Assembly (NCBI GenBank): GCA_049967655.1
Contig: JBMFSH010000056.1
Span: 1-13,523 of the forward strand
DNA: 13,523 bases
Reading direction: 5' to 3'
Origin: Acidobacteriota bacterium
GTDB taxonomy: Bacteria > Acidobacteriota > UBA4820 > DSQY01
Shown piece after piece: positions 1 through 8,453 of the stretch. Under the pieces are notes generated by a model. That model searched no databases. It saw only the letters and a program-made list of their open reading frames with translations, and had not been told where the DNA came from. Positions within the stretch are counted from its first letter, which is position 1. Each line of letters opens with the position of its first letter. Position numbers and translations under genes: made by a program.

Positions 1-45
1 GTGTGACACCCTTTTCCACTGTGCGTGATCTGTCCCGCCTTCCAC
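1..45 (-). CDS. Possible 5' end of a divergent gene truncated by the window edge (MEGGTDHAQWKRVSH...)
   Basis: GTG at 45-43 with a GGAGGAGGGG Shine-Dalgarno-like tract 7 nt upstream; frame is open to the edge. Too short to identify; ATG at 64 in another frame is an alternative. Confidence 0.25.
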   Translation of the reverse strand, partial: MEGGTDHAQWKRVSH

Positions 46-90
46 GATTATTCCCCTCCTCCATCGCGGGATTGGGGACGCCGGCCGCCG

Positions 91-119
91 TTGCGGATGT
101 GAGGCGCTCTGGTTAGAAT
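91..119 (+). promoter_or_regulatory. Putative sigma70 promoter for acp-coaD-aminotransferase
   Basis: TTGCGG (91-96), 17 bp spacer, TAGAAT (114-119), about 22 nt before the ACP start. Confidence 0.5.
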
Positions 120-141
120 GCCCTCTCGAAAGGGAGGAGCC

Positions 142-405
142 ATGGAGGAGCTGAAGGACCGCATCCGGAAACTCATCGTGGAGAAACTCCGGCTGGAAAA
201 CGTGAAGCCCGAGGAGATCCACGACGAGATGCCCCTCTTCGGAGAGGGGCTGGGACTGGACTCCATCGACGCCCTGGAGCTGGTGGTCGCCCTGGAGAAG
301 GAATTCGGGATCAAGATCACCGACGAGGAGGTGGGCGTGAAGGTCTTCCAGAACCTCAACGCGCTGGCTGCCTTCATCCAGGAGAAGGGGGAGGCCGCGC
401 CATGA
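142..405 (+). CDS. Acyl carrier protein / phosphopantetheine-binding protein (87 aa)
   Basis: Acidic small protein with LFGEGLGLDSIDALELVVALEKEFGIKI (DSI Ser is the phosphopantetheine site). GGGAGGAG RBS precedes ATG 142, preferred over ATG 118. Confidence 0.93.
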   Translation: MEELKDRIRKLIVEKLRLENVKPEEIHDEMPLFGEGLGLDSIDALELVVALEKEFGIKITDEEVGVKVFQNLNALAAFIQEKGEAAP

Positions 406-884
406 CCTCGACGGCCATCTGCCCCGGCTCCTTCGATCCCATCACCAACGGCCACCTGGATATCATCCACCGGGCCGCCGCCATGTTCGACCACCTGGTT
501 GTGGCGGTGCTGCGCAACACGGAGAAGAATTGCCTTTTCAGCATCGAGGATCGGGTCACCCTCATCCGCGAGAGCCTCCAGGGGGTGCCGAACGTAGAGG
601 TGGACGCCTTTGACGGCCTGCTCGTGGAATACGTGCGGGCGAAGGGGGCGCGGCACATCCTTCGGGGCATCCGGGCCCTGAGCGACTTCGAGTACGAATT
701 CCAGATGGCCCTCATGAACCGGCGCCTGGCCCCCGAGGTGGACACGGTCTTCCTCATGCCGCGCGAGGAGTACACCTACCTCTCGTCCCGGCTCGTCCGG
801 GAGGTGGCCCGCCTCGGCGGTCCGGTGGAGGGGCTCGTGCCCGCCCCCGTGGCCCGCCTGCTGAAGGAGCGAATGCAACCATGA
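402..884 (+). CDS. coaD: Pantetheine-phosphate adenylyltransferase
   Basis: AICPGSFDPITNGHLDII, RGIRALSDFEYEFQMALMNR and YLSSRLVREVA motifs; 160 aa; ATGA overlap with acp. Confidence 0.98.
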   Translation: MTSTAICPGSFDPITNGHLDIIHRAAAMFDHLVVAVLRNTEKNCLFSIEDRVTLIRESLQGVPNVEVDAFDGLLVEYVRAKGARHILRGIRALSDFEYEFQMALMNRRLAPEVDTVFLMPREEYTYLSSRLVREVARLGGPVEGLVPAPVARLLKERMQP

Positions 885-2053
885 TCGCCGACCGCATGCG
901 CAGGGTGGAGTCTTCCCGTCTGCTCGAGCTCATTGTGGAGGGCCAGCGGATGCGGAAGGAGGGGGCGGATTTCATCGACCTGGGGCCCGGCCAGCCGGAC
1001 TTCCCCGTGCCGGAGCCGATCCTTCAGGCCACGGCGCGGGCACTCCGTGAGGGCCACACCTACTACAGCCCTCCCATGGGCATCCCCGACCTGCGCGAGG
1101 CCGTCGCCCAGCGGTACAACCGCCGCTACGGCGCCAAGTACGGCCCCGCCAACGCCATGGTCACGGCCGGGGCCAAGGGGGCGCTCTACCACATCATCGG
1201 CGCGCACATGGACGAGGGGGGCGAGGTGATCGTCCCGGCCCCCTACTACGTCTCCACGCCGGAGATCGTGAAGCTGTGGGGAGGGACGCCGAGGTTCCTG
1301 CCCTGCCGGATGGAGAACGGCTTCCAGCCGGATCCCGACGAGCTGAGGGCTATGATCTCGCCCGCTACGTGGGGCATCGTCCTCAACTCGCCCTGCAACC
1401 CGACGGGCGCGGTCCTCTCCCGATCCCTCCTCTCCTCGATCCTGGAAATCGCCGATCAAAACCGGCTCTTCGTGATCATGGACGAGTGCTACGACCGCTA
1501 CGTCTACCCGGGGGTGGAGTACGCCACCATGCCGCACTTCGATCCCGAGGCGCGCCGGTCCTTCTTCATCGCGGGCTCCTTCTCCAAGACCTTCTCCATG
1601 ACGGGCTACAGGATGGGGTACGCCATCGGCCCCGCGGAGGGCATCGCCGCCGCGGGGAAGATTCAGTCGCACTCCATGAACGGTCCCACCACCTTCGCCC
1701 AGTTCGGGGCGCTGGAGGCCCTCCGACGCGAGGAGGAGCTCTTCGCGCCGGTGCTGGAGCAGTTCACGCGCAGGCGGCAGGCGATCTGCGATGGGCTAGC
1801 CCAGATCCCTGGGCTTCCCTTCTGCCAGCCACAGGGGGCCTTCTACGTCTTTCCCGACGCCAGGGAGCTGATGAGGAAGATGGGCATCGAACGCACGGAT
1901 GTGCTGGCCTCCACCCTGCTGAAGCAGGCGGGGGTAATGGTCATCCCGGGCTCGGCGCTAGGGCAGGAGGGCTTCGTCCGCATCTCCTTCGCGGTGGACG
2001 AGGAGAAGATCCGGGAGGCCGTGGCGAGGATCCGCAAGGCCGCCGGCGCCTGA
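881..2053 (+). CDS. PLP-dependent aminotransferase class I/II (aspartate aminotransferase-like)
   Basis: GQPDF, LNSPCNPTG, MDECY, SFSKTFSMTGYRMGY (PLP lysine) and GAFYVF motifs; ATGA overlap with coaD. Confidence 0.95.
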   Translation: MIADRMRRVESSRLLELIVEGQRMRKEGADFIDLGPGQPDFPVPEPILQATARALREGHTYYSPPMGIPDLREAVAQRYNRRYGAKYGPANAMVTAGAKGALYHIIGAHMDEGGEVIVPAPYYVSTPEIVKLWGGTPRFLPCRMENGFQPDPDELRAMISPATWGIVLNSPCNPTGAVLSRSLLSSILEIADQNRLFVIMDECYDRYVYPGVEYATMPHFDPEARRSFFIAGSFSKTFSMTGYRMGYAIGPAEGIAAAGKIQSHSMNGPTTFAQFGALEALRREEELFAPVLEQFTRRRQAICDGLAQIPGLPFCQPQGAFYVFPDARELMRKMGIERTDVLASTLLKQAGVMVIPGSALGQEGFVRISFAVDEEKIREAVARIRKAAGA

Positions 2054-2062
2054 ATGGCCGAC

Positions 2063-2095
2063 TGAGAGACGGCGTCTCGCCCCTTTGGGGGCTCA
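2063..2095. terminator. Twin hairpins between convergent genes; possible bidirectional terminator
   Basis: GAGAC-GGC-GTCTC (2066-2078) next to GCCCC-TTTG-GGGGC (2079-2092), between stops at 2053 and 2093; no clear U-tract. Confidence 0.35.
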
Positions 2096-2818
2096 CTCTT
2101 CGGATGGCGGGGTGGGTGCGATCAGACCGTTGCGGGTGGCCCAGAGGAGGGCCTGGGTGCGGTCTGAGACGCCGATCTTCTTGAACAGGTGGTAGAGGTG
2201 GGATTTGACGGTGGCGATGGAGAGCCCTAGAACGCGGGCCATCTCCTGGTTCTTCTGGCCGTCGGCGAGGAGGCGCAGGATGTCCATCTCCCGCGCCGAG
2301 AGAGAGGGATCCGCGCGACGGGCGGAGAGGTAGAATCCTTCCTGGGTCCTGGCCAGCCCCTGGAGGGCGTGCAGGAGGTTCTCCGGCCTCATCACGTCCT
2401 CACCGTCCGCCAGCGCCATGACGAGGTCAAGCAGGTCCTGGCTCGATGCGCCCTTGAGCATATAGCCGGCGGCCCCTCCGGCCACGGCGCTCATCAAAAA
2501 GGCGGGGTCGTCGTAGTTCGTGAGCATGAGCACGGCCGTCGCCGGGCAGCGCTCCTTGATGATGCGGAGGGCTTGCAGCCCGTCCATCTTGGGCATCTTG
2601 ATGTCGAGGATCGCTACGTCGGGCTTGAGTCTCCGGACGACCTGGACGGCCTCCGCCCCGGAAGCCGCCTCGCCGACCACCTGAATTTCGGGGACGGCGA
2701 GGACGCTCCTCAGCCCCTCCCGCACGACGGGATGATCGTCCGCGATCACGACCCGGATGGGCCTGCGGCCTTCGTGCCTTGGCGCGGGGTTCCCGATCGG
2801 AGGTTTCCTCTTATTCAC
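2093..2818 (-). CDS. NarL/FixJ-family response regulator (REC + LuxR HTH)
   Basis: IRVVIADDHPVVREGL, phospho-acceptor ILDIKMP, GYMLK, and HTH LSAREMDILRLLADGQKNQEMARVLGLSIATVKSH. Start uncertain: GTG 2818 has GGAGG 10 nt upstream; the longest ORF starts at 2863. Confidence 0.93.
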   Translation of the reverse strand: MNKRKPPIGNPAPRHEGRRPIRVVIADDHPVVREGLRSVLAVPEIQVVGEAASGAEAVQVVRRLKPDVAILDIKMPKMDGLQALRIIKERCPATAVLMLTNYDDPAFLMSAVAGGAAGYMLKGASSQDLLDLVMALADGEDVMRPENLLHALQGLARTQEGFYLSARRADPSLSAREMDILRLLADGQKNQEMARVLGLSIATVKSHLYHLFKKIGVSDRTQALLWATRNGLIAPTPPSEE

Positions 2819-2830
2819 AGGGTGCAAGCC

Positions 2831-2872
2831 TCCACTCTTCACGCTCCACCCTCCACCCTCCACCCTCCACCA
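2831..2872. repeat. Heptamer tandem repeat (TCCACCC)n, 6 units
   Basis: TCCACTC TTCACGC TCCACCC TCCACCC TCCACCC TCCACCA, between the ftsK stop and the regulator start. Confidence 0.9.
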
Positions 2873-2873
2873 T

Positions 2874-5141
2874 TTAAGCCAGGTCGTCGGGGGAAAGGAA
2901 GACCTCGCGGGGCTTGGCCCCGTCCGCCGGGCCCACCACGCCCTTCTGCTCCATGACGTCCAGCAGCCGGGCCGCGCGGGCGTAGCCGATCCTCATCTTG
3001 CGCTGGAGGTTGCTGGCCGAGGCCACGCCGGTCCTCACCACGAGCTGGAGGGCATCCTCGTAGAGGGGATCTTCGTCGGAGGAGGCGCTCTCTGCGGCTG
3101 CCCCCCCTTCCTCCGCGGCGGGGGCGTCCTTGAGGATGTCCACGTCAAAGGAGGGCTCGCCCTGCCGGGAGAGGTACTGCAGGACCCTCTGCGTCTCCGC
3201 GTTGGAGAGGTAGCCGCCGTGTACCCGCACGAGGCGACCGGAGCCGGGCGGCAGGTAGAGCATGTCCCCCTTGCCCTCCAAGGTTTCAGCCCCGTTCTGA
3301 TCGAGGATGAGCCGGCTCTCGAGCTTCTCCCGCACCTGGAAGGCGATGCGGCTGGACAGGTTGCTCTTGATCACGCCCGTGATCACGTCCCGGGACGGGC
3401 GCTGGGTGGCGAGGATGAGGTGGATGCCCACGGCCCGAGCCATGGCCGACAGGCGGGCGATGGCCGTCTCCACCTCCTTCGCGACGGCCGCCATTAGGTC
3501 GTAGAGCTCGTCGATGACGATCACGATGTAGGGCAGGGGCCGGTTCACGTCGAGCACACCATCGGCCGAGCTGGGGGTCAGGCTCCGGACGTAGGCGTTG
3601 TACTGGTCGATGCTCCGTACCTTGGCGGCCGCCAGGTACTTGTAGCGCTCGGTCATCTCGCGGACCGCCCAGTTGAGGGCGTTGGCCGCCTTCTTGACGT
3701 CGGTCACCACCGGCGTCATGAGGTGGGGGATCTCCTCGTAGACCTTCAGCTCCACCTGCTTGGGGTCGATGAGGATGAACTTCACCTCGTCGGGGCTCGA
3801 CCGGAAGAGGATGCTGTGGATCAGGGCGTTGATCCCCACGCTCTTGCCCGAGCCGGTGGTTCCCGCCACGAGGAGGTGCGGCATCTGGTCGAGGGTGGTG
3901 ATGAAGGGCTCGCCCTCGACGGTCTTGCCCAAGGCGATGGGCAGACGGCCCGGGGTCTCGGCGAAGGCCCTCGATTCGATCAGCTCGCGGAAGGAGATGA
4001 TCTCGCGCTGTTCATTGGGCACCTCGATGCCGATGTGGGACTTGCCGCTCACGCGGTCCACGCGGATGTGGTCGGCCTTGAGCGAGAGGGCCAGGTCCTC
4101 CTCCAGGGAGATGATCCGCGTGTACTTCACCCCGGGGGCGGGCTTGAACTCGAAGATCGTGACGACGGGGCCGGGGTGGATCTCCACCACCTCCCCGGCG
4201 ATGTCGAATTCCATCAGGCGAGCCTCGATGCGGGCGGCCCTCTCGCGAAGGCGCTGCTCGTTGACGGGCGGGCGGGGCCTGGGCGGGTCCAGGAGGTCAC
4301 TGGGGGGCAGGCGGTAGCGGCCGTGGTCGGGTGGTGGTTCCAGGGGCAGCGCCGGCATCGTGGCGGACCGCTCGGAGATGCGCGCGTCCCTCCGGTCCGC
4401 CTGGCGCACCTCCTCCCGCTGGAGCCTCTCCTGCTGCTTCTGGCGGACCTGCTCCATCACCTCCTCGCGGTTCACGCTCTGACGCTTGCGCTCCTTCTTC
4501 AGCTCCCAGTTTGCCCGCATGCGCTGGAAGGGGACGCCGAGTTTTCTGATGGAGCCCAGGAATGAGATCTGCCAGAAGAGCATGAGTGTGAGGAGGACCC
4601 AGACGGGCAGCAGGACCGCCGTACCTCCCGAGCCCAGCGCGCGCTCGATGAGCTCGCCGAGGATGATGCCCACCACGCCTCCCGTGGCGGTGGGGGCGCT
4701 CTGCCCGCACAGGCTGAAGGTCAGGTTTCCGAAGGCCCACTGGAGCAGGGTGGCTTGGCTCAGGACCAGAGACACCCAGAGAAGCAGGCGGCTCGCGCTC
4801 AAGAGCGGTCTTCTCAGCAGGATGAGCACTCCGATGCGTGCTGCCAGGATGGGAATCCAGATGGCTACCATGCCGAAGAGGTGGACCAGGAGCGAGGCCC
4901 AATTGGCCCCCAGGATGCCCACCCAGTTGTTGGGCCTGACCGAGACGTTCCCGAAGGAGAAGGAGCCGGGGTCGTAAGGGTGGTAGGAGAGGAGCGCCAG
5001 AGCCGTGAGGAGGGAGACCGTGAGCGTGAGGATGGCCGAGATCTCCCTGCCGAGCGATAGTCCTTCCGCGCGCTCCACCGGAGAGATGGGCAGCGAACCT
5101 CCCTCGCTGGACGCCTGTTCCCCCTTCGCCGCGCGGCTCAC
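2874..5141 (-). CDS. ftsK: DNA translocase FtsK/SpoIIIE
   Basis: N-terminal TM region (NWVGILGA), GPVVTIFE, PHLLVAGTTGSGKSV Walker A, IDPKQVEL, IDE Walker B, ARAVGIHLILATQRPS and gamma domain LQRKMRIGYARAARL. GTG start with GGAGG RBS. Confidence 0.97.
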   Translation of the reverse strand: MSRAAKGEQASSEGGSLPISPVERAEGLSLGREISAILTLTVSLLTALALLSYHPYDPGSFSFGNVSVRPNNWVGILGANWASLLVHLFGMVAIWIPILAARIGVLILLRRPLLSASRLLLWVSLVLSQATLLQWAFGNLTFSLCGQSAPTATGGVVGIILGELIERALGSGGTAVLLPVWVLLTLMLFWQISFLGSIRKLGVPFQRMRANWELKKERKRQSVNREEVMEQVRQKQQERLQREEVRQADRRDARISERSATMPALPLEPPPDHGRYRLPPSDLLDPPRPRPPVNEQRLRERAARIEARLMEFDIAGEVVEIHPGPVVTIFEFKPAPGVKYTRIISLEEDLALSLKADHIRVDRVSGKSHIGIEVPNEQREIISFRELIESRAFAETPGRLPIALGKTVEGEPFITTLDQMPHLLVAGTTGSGKSVGINALIHSILFRSSPDEVKFILIDPKQVELKVYEEIPHLMTPVVTDVKKAANALNWAVREMTERYKYLAAAKVRSIDQYNAYVRSLTPSSADGVLDVNRPLPYIVIVIDELYDLMAAVAKEVETAIARLSAMARAVGIHLILATQRPSRDVITGVIKSNLSSRIAFQVREKLESRLILDQNGAETLEGKGDMLYLPPGSGRLVRVHGGYLSNAETQRVLQYLSRQGEPSFDVDILKDAPAAEEGGAAAESASSDEDPLYEDALQLVVRTGVASASNLQRKMRIGYARAARLLDVMEQKGVVGPADGAKPREVFLSPDDLA

Positions 5142-5162
5142 CAGACGGGACCTCCGGGCCTA

Positions 5163-5192
5163 AGAATAACGCGCGGACGCGGTTTTCGGCAA
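5163..5192 (-). promoter_or_regulatory. Putative sigma70 promoter for ftsK
   Basis: Minus strand TTGCCG (5192-5187), 18 bp spacer, TATTCT (5168-5163). Confidence 0.35.
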
Positions 5193-5203
5193 GGGCGTTA
5201 GGG

Positions 5204-5261
5204 CGGTGGAGGGTGGAGAGGGGGGCGTCTCCTTCAATCCCCAATTCCCAAGCCCGGCCCC
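5204..5261. repeat. Degenerate heptamer repeats (GGGTGGA-type, then CCAATYC-type)
   Basis: CGGTGGA GGGTGGA GAGGGGG (5204-5224) is the reverse complement of the 2831-2872 unit; it is followed by TCAATCC CCAATTC CCAAGCC CGGCCCC (5234-5261). Confidence 0.5.
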
Positions 5262-5264
5262 GGA

Positions 5265-6167
5265 TCACCCCCTCTTCCGCCCCAGCCGGCAGTGGGGGCG
5301 GAGAGAGCAGGCCCGGCAGAGCTCCTCCACCTGGCGGCGCGGGCACGCCCCCAGGATGCCCAGGCGGGCCAGTCCGAAGTCATACCGGGTGGGGTCCTCT
5401 GGGCAGAAGCGGGCCAGGGAAGCCGTCACCTCCTCGGCGAACCGGCGGTCGGGCGTCCGGCGGCGGGTGAGGCCCAGGGCGTAGGCGATGCGGGCCAGGT
5501 GGGTGTCGATGGGGATGACCAGCTCGGAGGGGGAGAGGCAGTGCCACAGGCCCAGGTCCACCCCGTCGTCCGGCCGGACCACCCAGCGCAGGAACATCCA
5601 CCAGCGCTTGCACGCGGAACCTCCCGAAGGGAGGGACAGGAGCTGCCTCAGCCCCCGGCTGAGCGGGGCGGCCTCGGCTCGGAGGATCGCGGCGAGGGCT
5701 TCGATGCGGTCCCACGGCGAACCCGGAGCCGCCAAGAAGGCCTCCTCCAGCGAGCCGAACCGCCCCAGGACGGCGCCCACGGCCTCCAGAAACCTCCGCA
5801 CGTCGGCCGCAGTCTGGAATCGGTAGGCGGGAGCGGCGAACCCCTCGGGAATCCCCCGCGCGAGGCGCGCCGCGGGCTCGGGGCCGAGCTCGTCCAGCAA
5901 GGCTTTCAGGAAAGCCCCCATGGCCTTCACGTTGCCGTAGGCGAAGAGGGAGGCGATGAGCGCCGCCGCCTCCCGGTCGGCGGGAGAGGCATAGCGCCGC
6001 GCGAAGGCGATGGGGTCGGAGTGCAGGAAGCGCGGACCGTACTGGCCCGCTATCCCTTCGAGCAGTTGGCCGAGAGGCAGGGGGCTCGCCTCGCGGCTCT
6101 GCCCGCGTCCCGATGCGCGTCGGCCTGTTCGGTGGGGGCCCTGGCTCCCAGTTCTTTCCCGCGTCAC
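5265..6167 (-). CDS. TIGR02757/DUF2400-family protein (HhH-GPD-like) with a C-terminal 4-Cys motif
   Basis: Family-like motifs SDPI, FAYGNV, SACKRWWMFLRWVVR, DGVDLGLW, LVIPIDTH and PEDPTRYDF. The true start may be downstream of GTG 6167. Confidence 0.88.
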   Translation of the reverse strand: MTRERTGSQGPHRTGRRASGRGQSREASPLPLGQLLEGIAGQYGPRFLHSDPIAFARRYASPADREAAALIASLFAYGNVKAMGAFLKALLDELGPEPAARLARGIPEGFAAPAYRFQTAADVRRFLEAVGAVLGRFGSLEEAFLAAPGSPWDRIEALAAILRAEAAPLSRGLRQLLSLPSGGSACKRWWMFLRWVVRPDDGVDLGLWHCLSPSELVIPIDTHLARIAYALGLTRRRTPDRRFAEEVTASLARFCPEDPTRYDFGLARLGILGACPRRQVEELCRACSLRPHCRLGRKRG

Positions 6168-6171
6168 ACGC

Positions 6172-6882
6172 TCAGGCGAAGCGGTTGGTCAAAAAGTTGA
6201 TGAGGTCGAGGGCGAACTGCTCCATGTAGGCGTTGAAGGCCTTGAGGCGGCGGCCCAGCAGGTTGTAGCCGATGAGGGCGGGGATTGCGGCGAAAAGGCC
6301 GGCGGCGGTGGTGATGAGGGCCTCCGAGATGCCGGGGGCCACCGAGGAGAGCGTGGCGCTGCCCGAGAGGCCGATGGCCTGGAAGGCCTCCATGATGCCC
6401 CAGACGGTTCCGAAGAGGCCGATGAAGGGGGTGGAGGCCGCGGTGGTGGCCAGGAAGGCCATGCCCGATTCCAGCATGATGGCCTGGTCGCGCATCACCC
6501 GCTGGAGGGTGCGCTCGATGTTCTCCGTGTGGCGGAGCTGGGGGCGCGCCTCCGGGCCGCCGGCCGCGACGGCGCCCGGCGCCAGCTGGTCCTTCACCTG
6601 ATCGTGCAGCTCCCGGTAGGTCTCCATGAACATCTCGCGCAGCGGCGAATCCTTGGCGGTCTTGGCGGAAGCGAGCATGTCGGCCACGCGCTGGGAGCGG
6701 CGGAGGGTTTCGTAGAACTCCTTGGACCGGGCCCGGAGCCGGCGGAGGTTGATGATGCGGTCGATGATGATGCTCCAAGAGACGAGGGAGAAGAGCAGGA
6801 GCACCAAGAGTACGCACTTGGCTATCCAACCGGAGTGGCTCAGGAGTCCCGAAACGCTGGTCGCCGCCAGAGCAAGATACAT
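6172..6882 (-). CDS. tolQ: MotA/TolQ/ExbB proton channel family protein, TolQ-like
   Basis: LFSLVSWSII, FLATTAASTPFIGLFGTVWGIMEAF and VAPGISEALITTAAGLFAAIPA. AGGAGG lies 5 nt before ATG 6882. Confidence 0.88.
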   Translation of the reverse strand: MYLALAATSVSGLLSHSGWIAKCVLLVLLLFSLVSWSIIIDRIINLRRLRARSKEFYETLRRSQRVADMLASAKTAKDSPLREMFMETYRELHDQVKDQLAPGAVAAGGPEARPQLRHTENIERTLQRVMRDQAIMLESGMAFLATTAASTPFIGLFGTVWGIMEAFQAIGLSGSATLSSVAPGISEALITTAAGLFAAIPALIGYNLLGRRLKAFNAYMEQFALDLINFLTNRFA

Positions 6883-6902
6883 CGACACCTCCTACGGCGC
6901 GC

Positions 6903-6931
6903 ATTATAGCGGGCACGGGCTTGGCGAGCAA
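6903..6931 (-). promoter_or_regulatory. Sigma70 promoter for tolQ
   Basis: Minus strand TTGCTC (6931-6926), 17 bp spacer, perfect TATAAT (6908-6903). Confidence 0.65.
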
Positions 6932-7015
6932 GGGCGGGGAAGGGCATGGCGAATCGGGCTCAGGACGGGAGCCTCTACGAGAAAGGGCGGTGCCCCGAGG
7001 AGCGCTCTCCCGAGC

Positions 7016-7132
7016 GCGAAGGGTGGAGAGGAACCGGCACATCGGTCTCTGGAGAGGTCTCCCATCCGCCCCATTTGGGCCTCCACGGCCCACATTGGGC
7101 CCCTCGGGTCTCGCTTTCTCTCCACCTTCCGC
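7016..7132. repeat. 18-bp imperfect inverted repeat in the tolQ / DHS-like divergent intergenic region
   Basis: GCGAAGGGTGGAGAGGAA (7016-7033) pairs with TTTCTCTCCACCTTCCGC (7115-7132): 15/18 Watson-Crick plus 2 G-U. Internal hairpin GGCCCA-CAT-TGGGCC. Confidence 0.55.
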
Positions 7133-7188
7133 CCTTCCTTCCGGCGAATCTTGCCGGTAAAATACCCGCGCACTGGAGAGGAGCCGCC

Positions 7189-8301
7189 ATGCCCAAGAAA
7201 TCGCGCTTTCTGGCGGGAGAGGTCATCTCGCCCAAGCCCATCGTGAAGGGAGCCAGCGTCGTCCGCCTCGTGGAGGAGACCTTCCTGGCCTACAACGCCG
7301 GCCGCCTGCACGAGGGCTGCCGCCTGTTCGCCGAGAAGATGGTCCGCCCGCAGGTCACCGTGGGGATGAGCCTCACGGGGGCCCTCACGCCCGCCGGCGT
7401 GGGGCGCTCGTGCATCGTCCCCCTCATCCAGGCCGGCTTCGTGGACTGGATCGTCTCCACGGGAGCCAACCTCTACCACGACGCCCACCACTCGCTGGAC
7501 CTGGCCCTCCACCGCGGCTCGCCCTTCCTCGACGACACGAGGCTCCGGCAGGAGGGGGTGGTCCGGATCTACGACATCCTCTTCGACTACACGGTGCTGC
7601 TCAAGACCGACGCCTTCTTCCGCAAGATTTTGGAGCAGAATGAATTCCAGCGCTCCATGTCGAGCGCCGAGTTCCACCACCTCGTGGGCAGGTACCTCCG
7701 GGAGCGCGAGAAGGCCCTCGGCGTGGAGCAGCTCTGCACCCTGACCGCGGCCTACGAGGCGGGAGTGCCCATCTTCACCTCCTCGCCCGGCGACTCCTCC
7801 ATCGGCATGAACGTGGCCGCCATGGCCCTCCAGGGCAGCGCCTTCCGCTTCGACGTGAGCGCCGACGTGAACCTCACGGCGGCCATCGTCTGGGAGGCCA
7901 AGCGAAAGGGCGGCCAGTCGGCCGTCGTGATCGCCGGCGGCGGCTCGCCCAAGAACTTCATGCTCCAGACCGAGCCCCAGATCCAGGAGGTTCTGGGCCT
8001 CCCCGAGAAGGGCCACGACTTCTTCCTCCAGATCACCGACGCCCGCCCCGACACGGGGGGCCTCTCCGGCGCCACCCCCTCGGAGGCCGTCTCGTGGGGC
8101 AAGGTGGACCCGAGCCAGCTCCCCGACACGGTGGTCGTCTACACGGACTCCACCATCGCCCTGCCCATCCTCACCGCCTACGCCCTCTCAAAAGCCAAGC
8201 CACGCAAGAGCAAGCGGCTCTACGACCGGCTCGACGGTCTGCACGAGGAGCTGAGGGCCACCTACCTGAAGGGGCTCAAGGCAAGCCGCAAGAGGGGCTG
8301 A
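7189..8301 (+). CDS. Deoxyhypusine synthase-like protein (probable homospermidine/polyamine biosynthesis, SpeY-like)
   Basis: [39 protein letters not shown] and [18 protein letters not shown] (catalytic Lys retained). GAGAGGAG RBS before ATG 7189; 370 aa. Confidence 0.93.
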   Translation: MPKKSRFLAGEVISPKPIVKGASVVRLVEETFLAYNAGRLHEGCRLFAEKMVRPQVTVGMSLTGALTPAGVGRSCIVPLIQAGFVDWIVSTGANLYHDAHHSLDLALHRGSPFLDDTRLRQEGVVRIYDILFDYTVLLKTDAFFRKILEQNEFQRSMSSAEFHHLVGRYLREREKALGVEQLCTLTAAYEAGVPIFTSSPGDSSIGMNVAAMALQGSAFRFDVSADVNLTAAIVWEAKRKGGQSAVVIAGGGSPKNFMLQTEPQIQEVLGLPEKGHDFFLQITDARPDTGGLSGATPSEAVSWGKVDPSQLPDTVVVYTDSTIALPILTAYALSKAKPRKSKRLYDRLDGLHEELRATYLKGLKASRKRG

Positions 8302-8330
8302 GGCCGAACGGGTGGGATCACCTTCCCCTT

Positions 8331-8370
8331 GCCGCAGCGCCGCTCCCCGTGGGAGCCGGTGCCGGGCGGC
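8331..8370 (+). terminator. GC-rich stem-loop after the DHS-like gene
   Basis: GCTCCC-CGT-GGGAGC core (8342-8356), extended by GCGCC/GGTGC and GCCGC/GCGGC; no U-tract. Confidence 0.35.
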
Positions 8371-8412
8371 GCGCTCCTGCCCGCACAGCGGAACCGGAGA
8401 GAACTCCCGGGC

Positions 8413-8440
8413 TTGAAAAGAGCGGGTTCCCGTGTATAAT
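8413..8440 (+). promoter_or_regulatory. Sigma70 promoter of tRNA-Pro
   Basis: TTGAAA (8413-8418), 16 bp spacer, TATAAT (8435-8440), 13 nt before the tRNA. Confidence 0.75.
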
Positions 8441-8453
8441 CTCAAGGCTTGGT

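Noticed and set aside
2831..2872. CRISPR array
   Set aside because: The units are 7 bp with no spacers, and there are no cas genes.
6932..7160. Possible SRP RNA, 6S RNA or riboswitch in the tolQ / DHS-like spacer
   Set aside because: Minus-strand CCGGAAGGAAG resembles part of the SRP loop, but the flanking conserved bases are missing and no full known fold could be built by eye. Only the IR is reported.
6946..7188. 81-aa N-terminal extension of the DHS-like ORF
   Set aside because: Low-complexity sequence spanning the intergenic IR; the RBS supports ATG 7189.
48..8016. Many alternative-frame and antisense ORFs (e.g. 48-878, 776-1672, 1276-2184, 4297-5346, 5292-6200, 6010-6909, 6904-8016)
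   Set aside because: All overlap well-supported genes and lack family motifs; typical GC-rich shadow ORFs.
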